A DNA stretch of 64,000 nucleotides from Octopus bimaculoides (Eukaryota), in the NCBI RefSeq assembly GCF_001194135.2, contig NC_068990.1, positions 1,181,826-1,245,825 on the forward strand, given 5' to 3'. Under the pieces are notes generated by a model. That model had not been told where the DNA came from and did no database searches. It saw only the letters and a list, made by a program, of their open reading frames with translations. The stretch's first letter is position 1. Each line of letters begins with the position of its first letter. Shown here in pieces: positions 50,281 through 64,000 of this stretch. The translations under genes and the position numbers were made by a program.

Positions 50281-50636
50281 TGCACATATATAATCATATA
50301 TATATACATATGTATATATATATACTCATACACACACACATATGTACTCATAAATGAGTGCACATATATGTATATATACATACACACATGTATATATACA
50401 TATATATATATATATATGTATATATATGAATGTACATATGCACATTTATATATATACTCATAAATGTATGCGCATATATGTGCATATCTATACATACGTA
50501 TATATAATATATATATGTGTGTGTGTGTGTGTGTATGTTTGCATATACATGTATCTATCTATCTATCTATCTATCTACCTATATATATATATATATATAT
50601 ACATACATACATTCATACGTATGCACATTTATACAT

Positions 50637-50674
<38 letters not shown>

Positions 50675-52096
50675 GATGAAGATCTAAGTGTGTTACTAAT
50701 GATGTATTGACACTTGAAGCAAATAGTGGTTGAGTGCTGCCTAAAGTTGTTCTCTGCTGACAGTGGAATATAACTCTGGTTAAAAATCTTAATACAATAC
50801 AAAAACAGCTGGTAAAATAAGCTCTAAGAATACGGGTGTTCACAAATTATATGACAAAATATTGCAAAGGCAGGATGATTTACTTTAAAGCAAACCTACC
50901 CATCCAACTCGTGTCGTAATGAAACAGACAGCAAAGATAATCTAGTCCATTAAAATAATAAATAAATGATTTAAATAAAACAAATTAATCAATAAAAAAT
51001 ATATGTTTGAAAGAATTATTTCCCTTTGACATTAACTCCGAAATCTTGTTCCTTTGTCCTCAGAGTTTAACTTTGAATAATGACAAGAAGTAGTCAGACA
51101 TAGCAAGCTCATTATATTATTAGATTTAGCAGACATTACACGACATTGATAGGTTCTGTTGATTGATGGCCGTTTTTTAGCTTCCACAATACCTTTACTT
51201 ATTTGCAATATGCAGAGAAAAATATTTATTGAGACTATAATTCATATTTTAATTGCTTTTTTGCTTAAACTGATTAGAGAATAAATTGAAATTAATATCA
51301 TAAATACAAGATGCTATGATAAAAATATTAGAAGGACAAAAAAATATTAAGGAGAATCATTGTCTTGACTGTCAGGCACGACACTCTATGAAATTTAGTG
51401 CTTTGTGTAGCTGGATTTTGGTTCAAATCCTGCCATTGTTATCTTTTATTTTTGTTTTTTTTTTCCCCTAATACTTAAAAAATTTTTTTTTTCTTCCTTA
51501 CTGCAACAATTTCTTTCTTTTTTTTTCATGTTTCATGCCATCCGGCATCAATGATCATGGACCTCCATGCCAAAATCTGAAGATCTATTATTTTTGTTGG
51601 GATAAATTCAAAGATAGTTTCCTTTTTACATTTTTTTCTCTTCATTTAATTTTACTGTTCTCACCTCCTGCTCTCCTGTGCTTACCTTTAATGGGACAGG
51701 ACCTATTTATCCTTTTGACAAGGGGTCTGAGACATATAAGTCAGCTTTTCTCATTTAACCCTCTCAAACCTGGGCCCTGTAACTTTACCCTTCACCTCGG
51801 CTTCTGAGCAAAAGAAAAATAGTTACACATACAACTTAGGAGTAACAATTACAGGCAATCTAATGGACAGAATCAGAAAAAATCTCGGAGAATAACAATA
51901 ATAGGTGTTTCTTTCAATTACTGTATTTGTTAGGCAGACTAATGGACAGAGTCATGGAAAGAAAATTCAGGAGAATAGCCCTATCCCTCGGCTACCATAT
52001 TTGTTCACCTGAATTGCTATTTTTCTCATCACTTTTATCAGTTTGATTGTCAGAAGCATTTTCCTGACAATATCAATTTTAATCTATTCCTTAAAA

Positions 52097-52424
52097 CAGT
52101 GTTTCTCAACCTTTTTTACCCTTGCGTAACACTTAAAATAAATTACAAGTCTCAAAGAAACCATGCGCAAAAGAAATTATAAACCATATCTTTCTCATAT
52201 TTTTTCATTGTAGTTCACATGCATACATACATACATACATATGGTTGTTATATGTTTTTGCATATGTTGGGCATGTATAGTAACATTACAATCCTGAAAT
52301 TAGCATTAGCATATGTCACTCTTTCTCTTGGAACCCCTGGGAACNNNNNNNNNNNNNNNNNNNNNNNNNNNNNNNNNNNNNNNNNNNNNNNNNNNNNNNN
52401 NNNNNNNNNNNNNNNNNNNNNNNN

Positions 52425-52473
<49 letters not shown>

Positions 52474-52503
52474 TACATATACATATATACATGTACATAC
52501 ATA

Positions 52504-52534
<31 letters not shown>

Positions 52535-52684
52535 GGTTGTTATATGTTTTTGCATATGTTGGGCATGTATAGTAACATTACAATCCTGAAATTAGCATTA
52601 GCATATGTCACTCTTTCTCTTGGAACCCCTGGGAACCTTTTGCAGAACTCTAGGGTTCCAGTAAACTTTGGTTGAGAAACACTG
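52097..52684. mobile_element. hAT-type MITE containing a microsatellite and an assembly gap
   Basis: Perfect 15-bp TIRs CAGTGTTTCTCAACC and GGTTGAGAAACACTG. The 8-bp flanks are ccttaaaa and ctttaaag (6/8 match). Confidence 0.85.
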
Positions 52685-52863
52685 CTTTAAAGAGTAGAAA
52701 TAGCATTATAGGGGGAATAGCTTGAACATCATCTCTGTCAGATTCCCAGCAAAGCAGTAATAAGCACATGTAGAAAATTAAGAGTAAGTTTAAACTCTTG
52801 TGGCTGAAGAATAAATATCATCAATAATTTCCTCAACTGCAAAGAGTCTAGGCCTTACTCATT

Positions 52864-52953
52864 TACAAAATCAGTTTTTGTACAAAATCAATTTTTGTAC
52901 AAAATCATTACAAAATCAGTTTTTGTACAAAATCATTGCAAAATCAGTTTTTG
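52864..52953. repeat. Irregular tandem repeat of a 17-bp unit
   Basis: tacaaaatcagtttttg units, with ttttgtacaaaa palindromes at the junctions. Confidence 0.85.
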
Positions 52954-52972
52954 TTTTCAATTAAAAACAAAA

Positions 52973-53061
52973 GTAAACAACAGCTATGGTGACGTCATTA
53001 AGAATGAGTCATAAACACACGTGACTACAAAGCTGCAATGTCATTGGTTGTCTATTTATAG
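52973..53061. promoter_or_regulatory. Candidate cis-regulatory module (forkhead, CRE, AP-1, E-box, CCAAT, MEF2)
   Basis: GTAAACA 52973-52979, TGACGTCA 52990-52997, TGAGTCA 53005-53011, CACGTG 53018-53023, ATTGG 53043-53047, CTATTTATAG 53052-53061. Confidence 0.35.
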
Positions 53062-53633
53062 TATTTCAACTTCATTTTTTATGTTTGCTTATTATGGCTT
53101 TGCTTGGAATCTGGCAGAGATGATGTTTAAGCTTTTTGTCCCTCTATAAAACTTTTTCCATTCTTTAACCNNNNNNNNNNNNNNNNNNNNNNNNNNNNNN
53201 NNNNNNNNNNNNNNNNNNNNNNNNNNNNNNNNNNNNNNNNNNNNNNNNNNNNNNNNNNNNNNNNNNNNNNNNNNNNNNNNNNNNNNNNNNNNNNNNNNNN
53301 NNNNNNNNNNNNNNNNNNNNNNNNNNNNNNNNNNNNNNNNNNNNNNNNNNNNNNNNNNNNNNNNNNNNNNNNNNNNNNNNNNNNNNNNNNNNNNNNNNNN
53401 NNNNNNNNNNNNNNNNNNNNNNNNNNNNNNNNNNNNNNNNNNNNNNNNNNNNNNNNNNNNNNNNNNNNNNNNNNNNNNNNNNNNNNNNNNNNNNNNNNNN
53501 NNNNNNNNNNNNNNNNNNNNNNNNNNNNNNNNNNNNNNNNNNNNNNNNNNNNNNNNNNNAATCTAGAGATATATTCTAGTGTATATTATAACACTGTTAA
53601 CTTACCAGTAATTTAATTTTTAAGTGGCTTTAA

Positions 53634-53908
53634 AACAGCAAGCTGGTAGTATTGTTAGCCTGCCAGACAAAAGTGCTTAGCGGCATTTCATCTGTCTTAA
53701 TGTTCTGAATTCAAATTCTGCCAAGGTTGACTTTGCCTTTCATTCTTTCAGGGTCGATAAAATAAGTACCAGTTGAGCACTGGGTTCATGTAACCAACTT
53801 ACTCCCTCCACCAAGATTGCTGGCCTTGTGTCAAAATTTAGTGGCACCTCATCCATCCTTACCTTCTGCGTTCAAATTCTGCTGTGGTCAACTTTGTCTT
53901 TCATCTGA
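53634..53908 (+). mobile_element. SINE family B with partial internal duplication
   Basis: Colinear with 22961. Other copies at about 11770-11915 and 48180-48400 (+), and 4100-4255, 12640-12750, 24070-24270, 28378-28585 and 34130-34325 (-). Confidence 0.8.
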
Positions 53909-54498
53909 CATAAAGATACACACACACATATATGGGCTTCTTTCAGTTTCCATCTACCAAATCTAAATCCAAGGCTTTATTTGGTCCAAAGCTGTAGTAG
54001 AAGACACTTGCCCAAAGTGCCATGCTGTGGGACTGAACCTGAAATGATGTGGTTGGGAAATAACCTTCTTACCACACAGCTATGCTTCATTCTGGCATGG
54101 GACGAACAGGCCTGTTTCAATACAGTGTCTGACCAACACTTGCAGTTTTTCATCATTTAATATAAGGAAGACATCAGAAGAGGGACTGACTGTTCTTTGT
54201 TGTTGTGTAGGTCGTGTTCTTTACTTTTCTGTGGAGATGGGGTCAAAGAGGGTGAGTGTTTTTGTCATATCTGGATGACTTGTCAATCACTGACAACATT
54301 ACGACATGGAGTGGGTGGGTTTTTAATTGTGCTACTGGTACTAGAGCCATTCCATGATTGTGTCTCACAGTATGAATATGAATGCCGCCACTGTCATCAT
54401 TATCATCAAAACCATCATCATAACTATCATTGCGACGACAACTACCACCACCACCAACAACAACAACTTCCTCGTCCCCTCCCCCCCTCCTCCTCCTC

Positions 54499-54539
<41 letters not shown>

Positions 54540-55744
54540 CATCATCATTACCCCACCACCCTCCTCCACCTCCTCTTGTTTCTCTTCTTCACCAGCACCA
54601 CCCTTCCACTTTCCTCCTCCTCCTCCTACTACTACTACTCTTGTTCCTCCTCTTCTCCTCCTCCTCCTCCTCACTACCACCACCACCACCACCACCACCA
54701 TCAGTATTATCATCTTTTTCCATTATAGCATGGGTTGAATGACCCAGGTTTCATACAATGGGATTGAACCTGGAACTACCCAGTCGCAATGTGAGCTTAA
54801 CCACACAGCCTTTCTTGTGCCTATGCAGTTTATCTTGCCTGAAATACAGCACCTACCATAGTCTTCTTATCTGAAATATCTAATGTCATTATTTTTTGGT
54901 ATATAGTTTAACCTTGGGCCTGTCCTGTTTGAGCAAACATATGATCAAAACATTACAGCCACTGCCTTTCTATCTTTTTTTTTTATTTCAGACACAGTGT
55001 ATTTAGGACTACATTATCCAATGTGTCCTTTTCAATTAAAAAAAACAACAAAAAAAATCTTTCTTGAGATGCTAGGGTGAGATCTGATGTGAATTTAGCT
55101 GTTAGTTCTAGCAATATCAGATGGTGTTATCTCTTTCCTTACTGTAGATTTCAGTGTTATATTGCTGTTATTTTGTTTTCAAATGTATGAAAAAAAAAAA
55201 AAAATAATAAATTATGAAATTGTTTAATATTGTAAATCTCTAGCATTCTCAGTATTAGATAAAATTCAGTAACAGAAAAAGAAAAAAAAAAAATTACATC
55301 CTGCTTCCTACAGAATTAAAAGAAATACACACACGCATGCACAGAAGCACGCACGCACACACACACACACAAATCAAAAACTGCCCTAAAATATCCTATC
55401 ATTTTAAAACTATTTTTCAAAATACATATACATACGTACATACATACACCCCCCTCCACACACACACACACACTCGCACACATGCACAGACAGGGAGAGA
55501 CAAACATGCATACACACACAACACATACATATTTATATATAAAAAATATATCTTTTATATGTTGATATCTTGGTATGGAAAATAAAGCAAGAAAAATTAT
55601 GTTATAGTTGTAATAACGATGATGACAATGATGATGATGACAATGATGATGATGATGACAATGATGATGATGATGATTTCTAACGTTATAAAATATTTTT
55701 TGTTTAATGATAATAATAACAATAATAATGATGATCATAATGAT

Positions 55745-55794
<50 letters not shown>

Positions 55795-56492
55795 TATAAT
55801 GATGATGATAAACATATTTGTTTTTTTATAGCCATAAGGGTGATGAATACAGGGCTAGCTATCATAAAAACAGGTTGTAAAAAAGAGTCCTTTTTAGTTC
55901 TTGTTTTTTTGTTTGTTTTTTTTTTTCACATTGGGTGAGTTGGTGAGTGGGTGAGAAAAAGCAAAAAGAATGAAAGTGTCTGTATGTGTATATCAGTTAT
56001 AGACTCCTAAAACCCAATCTATATAATTTGCAACTGAAAAATACTGTTTTATATTCTAAGGAGATGGCCTAATGTATGCTGAACAGATAGACACATTTTC
56101 GGTTATCATGTATTTATTTACTTATTTATATATTGTATTTATTCAAAAACAAAAACAAAAACAAAAAACAAAAAAGAAGAAAGAAAGAAAGAATGAAGGA
56201 AGGTGTGTTTGGTGTAGGTGGGAGGAAATGTCTGTATGTTTCCCCATACAGGTTTTACTGTGAAACTTTATATATATATATGTGTGTGTGTGTGGTCTTT
56301 TAAAAACTGTCCTGTGATTATGTGGTTGTTTTTCAAGCAGTGGATAAATTGGTAGATTTTGATGTCTGATAATAAACCATTTCCAGTGTTTTGGTTGGTG
56401 GAATATGTGGATATGGGTGTTTAGGTGAGGAGTGTGTGTAAATGTCTGTCTGTCTGTGTGTATGTATGTGTGTATAAAATATATAAATACAT

Positions 56493-56525
<33 letters not shown>

Positions 56526-58599
56526 TATTCTTATACATATATATCCTTAACATAGTTCTCAGGGAGATTCAGCATGACACAGAATGTAACAAGGCTGGCC
56601 CCTTTGAATTACAGGTACAACGCATTTTTACGAGATGAGTGGACTGGAACAACATGAAATAAAGTAGGCAGACACAATGTGCCACCAGGAATCGAACCCA
56701 CGACCTTACGACCATGAGCTGAATACCCCAACCACTAAGCCATGCGCCTTCATACATATACATACATACACACATATATACATACATGTGTACATACATA
56801 TATACATATACATACACACACACACACATATATATAATCATCATCATCATCATCTAACAACCATTTTCTATGCAGGCATGGCTCAGTGGGGGTGCTTGTC
56901 TCCCCCTTGCAAATATAAGGACACAGGAAATGTGTCAAGGCCGACAGGAAGCGGTCCAGCTTTCTAGGGCTAAATAGCAGCAGTATGATTCCCTTAATGG
57001 GACTGTCACATTAAGTTGACAGTATAAAACTCCCTTGAATCACTTGCATTTATAATTAATAGGGATAAACTAGTGTCTGCATAAATGCAGCAGTACATTT
57101 GGCAAACTTTCATTAGCTTAGGTCTTTTTTCTCTCTCATAATATACCTTAAACCTTATCATCTTAAGAACCAATATCTTCAAGTTTAATACCAGTCCTTG
57201 ACATTTATGATCTGTCACTTCAAACCTGCTCCAACACATATGAGCTAAGCTTGTATGCTCTTTGCTCAATTTTCTGTCTGCGTTCATATGATAATTTATA
57301 CCTCAAGCAGAAATACTGCCCTTTGGCAGGTTTTGTGCTTGTACATGTTAAACTGAAAAAGTCTAATGTGGTAACAAATGATACAGTATGCATATTGTAT
57401 TATACACATTTGTGTATAACTGAATGAAACTTGAATGAAATGTGTTATTTCTTTGCATCTTTGATATGATAATTATAGTTTAAAAAGTTTTCACAAATAT
57501 ACTCAAAACATCTTGAAGAAAGGCTTTGGAACCCATTTTTAATAAAAACAATTGAATAGTAGCAGCTGAGAGAGATAAAGAAGAAGAGAGAGAGGGAAAA
57601 AGAGAGCGAAAAGAGAGCGAGGGAGAGTGTTGCAAGGAAAAGAACTGAAGATAAAGAAGAGAAGTAATTGAAAAAGAGGTATTAAAGAAAGAAGAGATGG
57701 AAAGGAAGAGAGAATAGAAACACTGCAATGAGCATGAGAGGAAAAGTTGTGAGGATAGAGAAAGTGGACGACAAAGAGGGAAACAGGTGTTAAGCAAAAG
57801 GGAAAACCATGTAGTCATGTATTTTTAATTAAAAGAATTGAATGGATGTGGTTGAGAGAGAGAGAGAGAGAAGGAGGGGGAAGCATTGCAAGGAAAGATA
57901 GTGAGAGAAGAAAAGCAATAAGAATAGAGAAAGACAGAGAAATAGAAGCAGTAAAGAAAGAAATGGAAAAAGGGAAGGAAGACTTTTAAAAAATCCCTTC
58001 TAGCAGTGTATAATTTTTTATTTCACAGTGAATTAAAATTGAATCATGTAGTTGAAATGACCAATAATAAAAGAGAATTAAAAACCACATTTTGTTAAAA
58101 ATATACAAAAATTGGAATTTAAAAAATTTTCTAGAGGATGTAGACTTTAATAATTGCTTTCTACTTCTAGCTGATTCAAAAGCAACTTCCTTCATTATAG
58201 TATAGATATAGCATCAATCATTATTCCCCATCTACACATATTTTCAATCCCACATATGAATGCTTCTTCTAAGATACTATGAGTTGATATTTTTCAGAAA
58301 TTTTTCCTGATACTTTTTAATGTTTTCATATACGTATTTTAACATTGTTTATATTTTTAATATTTAAATATTTAAAATATTTTTGATATTTGTTTATACT
58401 TCTATATTTTGATGCTGTATATTTGATATTTTATGTTTATATCTTACATTAGGAAACTTGTGCTATCATACATATCTTCATCATATATATATAGACATAT
58501 ATTTTCCATTTCTTATGTTTATATTCTTTTAAATCCTGAGATTTTTTATCGACATATGGTATATAGTTATTTTCTATAGTCTACTACGTCTGTATCAGT

Positions 58600-60310
58600 G
58601 TTTTTACACACCCCATTATTATATTAACATTTTAAGTTTTATATTACTCCCACTTCTCTAGTTATGTGCCTCCCGCTTCTCTAGTTATCATGTCACTTTG
58701 TTTATTTCTTTGGTCTTTGTTGAGCTACGTTGGTGTGTATGTTAACACTTCCTATACCAGTATAAAATCCACTCTCACTCTGATTGGTAATGGTGCTTCT
58801 CACAACCCTTGAAAATTTTCTCTAAGCACTGTTTTAATTAGAATAGTTTCCAAATAATTAGTTTTTAGATTATTATAGTTCACTTGAAGCATTGTACTAC
58901 ACAAGTATTTCTCATTTCAATCCGTTTATAATTTTAACCTTTATGCATTAACTTTATTTAGCTATTAACCATAATATACCATTCTCAATAATTAAGGGTG
59001 AATTATCCACTTGTTTAGAGTGTTTCACGCTTTGATCTCATTCCTGTATTATTTCTTCTTTCACCCTAAATTTTAGGGTTTCTTCAATTTTAATCATTAA
59101 CACTATATTTGTGAGTTTTGTTTCTAAATTTCAAGACTTTATCCATTTCCAACCACACGTATCAGTTTTTGGTTTTCTAAGATGCATAATTGAATCTCCA
59201 CCCCTATAGATTTCTTTTGGTTTCTTTATTACTCACCTCAGTAACCCTTAAAGTGGTTTTCGTTATTGTTTCTCCATTAGTCTTTATCTTATGCACATTT
59301 TCACATGATATACCTTAGGTACAGATATCTGTTGCACTTTGTCTCATGTTTACATTATTACAACCTTGTCTAGGATTCTTCAATTCTTCTTTAGTTACGC
59401 TCATAATTTGTTTATATCAATCTTTTCCTTTATCTTTCATTTTGCTCTTCTCTTACTACTATTAAATTAACATCCCATCATCATCTACATAGCACTTATT
59501 GCCAACACCACATAAAACCTGTGCTGGTGCCACCTGAAGCTCATGCCAGTGCCATGAAAAAAAGCACCTGTGCTGGCACCATGTAAATGTACCCAGTACA
59601 CTCTGTAAAATGGTTGGAGTCATGAAGGGAATCCAGCCATGACAAATCAGACAACTGGTGCCTGGGGCAGCTCCTATCAAACCATACAACACATGTCAGC
59701 ATGAAAAATGGCTGACCCTGGAACCCTATACTTACAATTTCGTTCTTCTGTAGCCAATCATACTTGCCTCCTGTCGACCCCTTATTTCCTTCATTCCTGC
59801 CAACCAAGTAGTTGCATTATTATTTCTCTGCATTCTGACACGGCTTTTTTTTTAAACTAGCTAACTTACTAATTTAGTTAACCAATAAGCTATTAATTTA
59901 CTTAATCTCTAATCATTCTAAAAAGGAATTTCATCTTATTCATCTGCTCATTCCAATGAACTCTGTGTAACCTTTTACCTACTTTCCATTACATTTGTTT
60001 CTTTTTTGTTTTACATTTTTAATGTTTTTTTCCTTTTTAGTTTATTCTCATCTTTCCCCTGCTCAACATAGAGGGTCAATGGGTCACTAATATATGGTTC
60101 TATATATATATGTCTACCTCTGTCAATCCACTTTAACATTCTTCAATGGAATGAATATCAAACAAAATATCATCATCCGGAACTATCTTATTATCTTAAT
60201 CCTTTTCACTACTGCATCTGTCTTATGGCTTGCTCCTGGATTTCATTGCCAGTCACCGCTTCCTTTGCCTATCCTGCTATTTCTCTCCAAATTATCATTT
60301 CCATCTCAGC
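58600..60310 (-). mobile_element. Ancient, heavily decayed LINE ORF2 (APE plus RT), interrupted at about 59460-59715
   Basis: Purine-rich minus strand with faint colinear motifs: ISD(H).P near 60085, TKEELK near 59390, a GFR.GDS-like segment near 59190 and a KVN.N-like segment near 58880. Many stops. Confidence 0.4.
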
Positions 60311-61401
60311 GCTTATAGATTCATCCTTTTCTTAATCACCATTATTCCGGCTGCCACTGCCATTGTTGTCATCATCGTCAGCATCGTTGCCACTGTCATC
60401 ACCCCCATTACTGTTGCCATCATCGCTGTCATTGTCATCACCATTGTCACTCTCGCTGTCATCACCATCATTATCATCATCACCATTGCTATTGTTGTCA
60501 TTGTTGTCATCATCATCATCATATTATCATTGTTATTATTATTATTATTATTATTATTACATATATTTATGTATGTGCCATATATATACACACATGTGTG
60601 TATGTGTGTGTTTATACAGACATATATCTATATATATATGTAGATCAATGGATATGTAAATATTATAGATTCATAAATAAGTAAATGCTTGCGAAATACA
60701 TACATATCATTAAGTATACCACAAAATATATACTTAACAGAATATATATGTTTTTAGGCTGTTATTAAAATACAATCTGAGAAAGGAATATGTAATATGG
60801 TTGGAATTGATTTTTAAGCACTAACTGAAGAATTTTTTTAAAAATAAAAACTAAAAGATATTCTTCACTTTTTCCCTTTTATGTTTTGTTTGGTTTTGTT
60901 TTTGTGTCTTTTTGAATAATGTGAAGAAGGGCGCTGTAGATTTCCTTTCGTTTTAATAATTTAAAGATAAATAATGTTTCAATCAACACAATAGTGGCTA
61001 TTGTCATCACTGGCACCACCACCACCACCACCANNNNNNNNNNNNNNNNNNNNNNNNNNNNNNNNNNNNNNNNNNNNNNNNNNNNNNNNNNNNNNNNNNN
61101 NNNNNNNNNNNNNNNNNNNNNNNNNNNNNNNNNNNNNNNNNNNNNNNNNNNNNNNNNNNNNNNNNNNNNNNNNNNNNNNNNNNNNNNNNNNNNNNNNNNN
61201 NNNNNNNNNNNNNNNNNNNNNNNNNNNNNNNNNNNNNNNNNNNNNNNNNNNNNNNNNNNNNNNNNNNNNNNNNNNNNNNNNNNNNNNNNNNNNNNNNNNN
61301 NNNNNNNNNNNNNNNNNNNNNNNNNNNCAACAACAACGATCTCTTCCCCATAATTGAATCTCCAACTCCACTCCTCTGCCTCCTAACATGAATATCACCA
61401 A

Positions 61402-61548
61402 GGTGTGGTAAAAAGCTTGCTTCCCAAGTACGTGGTTCCAGGTTCAGTCCCACTGTGTGGCACCTTGGGCAAGTGTCTTCTGCTATAGACTTGGCCTGAC
61501 CAGATCCTTGTGTGTGGATTTCATAGATGGAGACTGAAAGAAGCCTGT

Positions 61549-61582
<34 letters not shown>

Positions 61583-61810
61583 TATATGTGTGTGTGTGTG
61601 TGTCTTTGTATCTGTGTCTGTCCTCCCCCATAGCTTGACAACCGGTGTTGGTATGCTTACATCCCCACAATTAAGTGCTCCAGCAAAAGAGACTGATATG
61701 GTAAGAACAAGGCTTCAGCAAGCAAGGACTGGGGAGGTCGGCTGGTTCAACTAAAAGTCTTCAAGGTGATGCCCCAGCATGGCCACAGTCTAATGACTGA
61801 AGCAAGTAAA
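61402..61810 (+). mobile_element. SINE family A
   Basis: Colinear with 4337-4752. Confidence 0.85.
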
Positions 61811-64000
61811 CCATCATAACTATTCTCATCACCACCTCTTCATCCTCTCAGCACCTCCCTAACACCACCTCTTCATCCTCTCTCTCTGCTTATTGTGATG
61901 ATGATCATTATCACTATCACCATTATTGTCATCATCATCATCAATCACCACCACCATCATCATCATCATCCTCAATCACCATATCATCATCATCATCATC
62001 AACTTTGCTGTCATTGCCGTCATCGTTGTCGCCGTTGTCGTCATCATCATCGTTATCATCATCATCCTCATCATCACCACCACCATCATCACCATCACCA
62101 TCGCAACCATCATCCACGTCATAGTGAGAGTTCATGCTGCAAAAGCATTTAATGAAATAGCCAAGTTTGTCTATCACATCTAATTTCAACGCAATCAGTA
62201 GTTAAGGCAGTCACACCACCATTGCTGTCACTTATTCAATTGATGCAACTCTAATTAGGTACCACAGTGAGTTAGTACATACAAACCAAAGAGAAAGATA
62301 GCCCCTGGCTTGAGCAGATAGGGACCATCTTTCTCAGCTGACAACTTTTTTTCCAACTATTTCTTTGATCACCCTTTTTCAGAAGATCAGGAGTAGTGTC
62401 TATGACTGTGGACATGGCCTTTGCTGGGCCTTCATTCCTGATGGGGAAAGAGAGGGATAGAAAGAAGAAACTCTGATTTATGCTGCTACTGTGAGGAGCA
62501 TTGTATCAAAATAGCGAGTTATTCTCACAATCCAAATGTTATCAACAAAATGGACTCTTTGCAAATGCACCCAACGACCAGGTTGTGATGATAAATGTCC
62601 ATCCAGCAAATATCATCCATCCATTTGTATCATATTTCATATTGCCTGCTTCTAGCAGATCAAAAATTTCATGCTGGTGATAATCATGTAAACCAACTAT
62701 TATGTGTTTCATGGTTGGACTGTCATTGATTAAATGGGCAATGCTATTGAAAGACCTCACCCTAATATATGGAACAGACACACTCGGCAGTTTCATAAAA
62801 GCCCCATGGGGACCCCATGCAAATCAAGGAACCCCATGCAAATCTATGTATGCTGTAGTTAACCATCAATGCTAAAGCCTCCAGTTCATTGCTTTGCTTG
62901 GGGTGGGGGAGAGACTATTATGAGATTAAGATGGCTGTGACTGACAGGACATAAAATAATACCTGCAAACTAGGGCTGATGAATTCAAAAACGTGTCAAC
63001 AATTATCTATCAAATCTACGGAATCTACAAATGAAGCAGGACATCAAAGCTTTTAAGCCTGGCATTGCTGACTTGGCAGTTCCTGTGCTTGATTGTTTCT
63101 CTCTGATGTATAGGCCTTGCATTCGATCTAACCCAAAGAAATTTGGATGAGAAAAGACCTTGATAAATGGAGGACCACCCAAGGTGACTTAAATCTGTCC
63201 TGGCTAGGTGCATGGTCCGAAATGAACTGATTGCCATTGCTCTTTTTGAAATAAAATTACTTTTAAATGTGCAGGTGATATATATTCAGGTTGGTAAGCT
63301 ATTGGAATATATATCTGTTCAGAAATCGTTATTTATTTCTTTGGGTAATTCCAGAGATTCTGTTAGTCTACATTGCTTCGGTTGTCACTGCTGCTGTTGT
63401 TATTATTGTTTAGCCCTAGGCCATTCCGTCTGAGCTGCCACATTTTTATTTACTTGAATAATACATACTAACATGGAAAAACAGATGTAAAAAGGAATAA
63501 ACAAACTCACAAACTTATTCTTGAATCATTCAAGTTAAAAATTAATCAATTTTTCTTTCAAATAAAACAGAAATTAGCACTTTCTAGTAATTTTAATTTT
63601 TTTTTTTTTCCAGTACATTATTGAACAAATATCACTATAGATTTTATTTCAAATTTGGAATGTAAATAAAGAAAACAATTTTATATACAAAATTTTTGAA
63701 GATTTATTTTATATTTGTTTATTGTACGATGCTATTCAAAAAATATTGAAAATCCTCTTTCTAAAATTAAAATACAATTCAACAACTGAAATTTCAATAT
63801 TCAAAATATATTTTCTTTGCAATGGTCTTGTGGTTAGGGTGGTGGGTGAGCTCATCAGAATCGGACTATGTCTTTGTTTCCTGGACTGAATTGTGACCTT
63901 GAGGAAAATGCCCTTGAAGAAGATGCCTCGTTTTACATGGCTCCAGCTTACTCAGCTAACAAGGAAGACCACCCTAATGCTGGTGCAGCCCTCTCTTCTT

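Noticed and set aside
52219-52636. About 120-bp exact duplication either side of the gap at 52345-52424
   Set aside because: Identical sequence flanking an N run is the signature of unmerged contig overlap or allelic haplotypes.
54211-54251. Small AG..GT-bounded segment as the next CFAP65 exon (also 63275-63293)
   Set aside because: The required phase-0 translations (VVFFTFLWRWGQR and VIYIQV) do not resemble the expected CFAP65 continuation.

Overview
This is eukaryotic, very AT-rich, microsatellite-dense genomic DNA with nine N gaps. The repeat families look like those of octopus (coleoid cephalopod); that assignment is my inference from recognised SINE and LINE sequences. The only host gene I can support is the 5' part of a CFAP65 (CCDC108)-like motile-cilia gene on the + strand. 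It has two in-phase coding exons (34944-35173 and 45743-45881) joined by a 10.6-kb intron, and I found no further exon before the window ends. The rest is layered transposon debris. Retroelements: several tRNA-derived SINE families, RTE-like LINE fragments, a Penelope-like RT fossil split by a SINE, an R4/Dong-like 3' end inside an (AAT)n tract, and a Hero-like 3' end. DNA transposons: three decayed mariners, a decayed hAT (Charlie/Buster-like) transposase, and hAT and piggyBac-type MITEs. Mini- and microsatellites fill the gaps. Almost all ORFs in the supplied track are translations of microsatellites, N runs or TE fragments. I found no convincing new protein-coding system. The best leads are non-coding: a dense bZIP/E-box/MEF2/forkhead motif cluster in a CFAP65 intron, a STAT-site minisatellite, a hairpin repeat family, inverted MITE pairs around a CFAP65 exon, and candidate upstream exons. 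All homology calls come from remembered motifs, not database searches.
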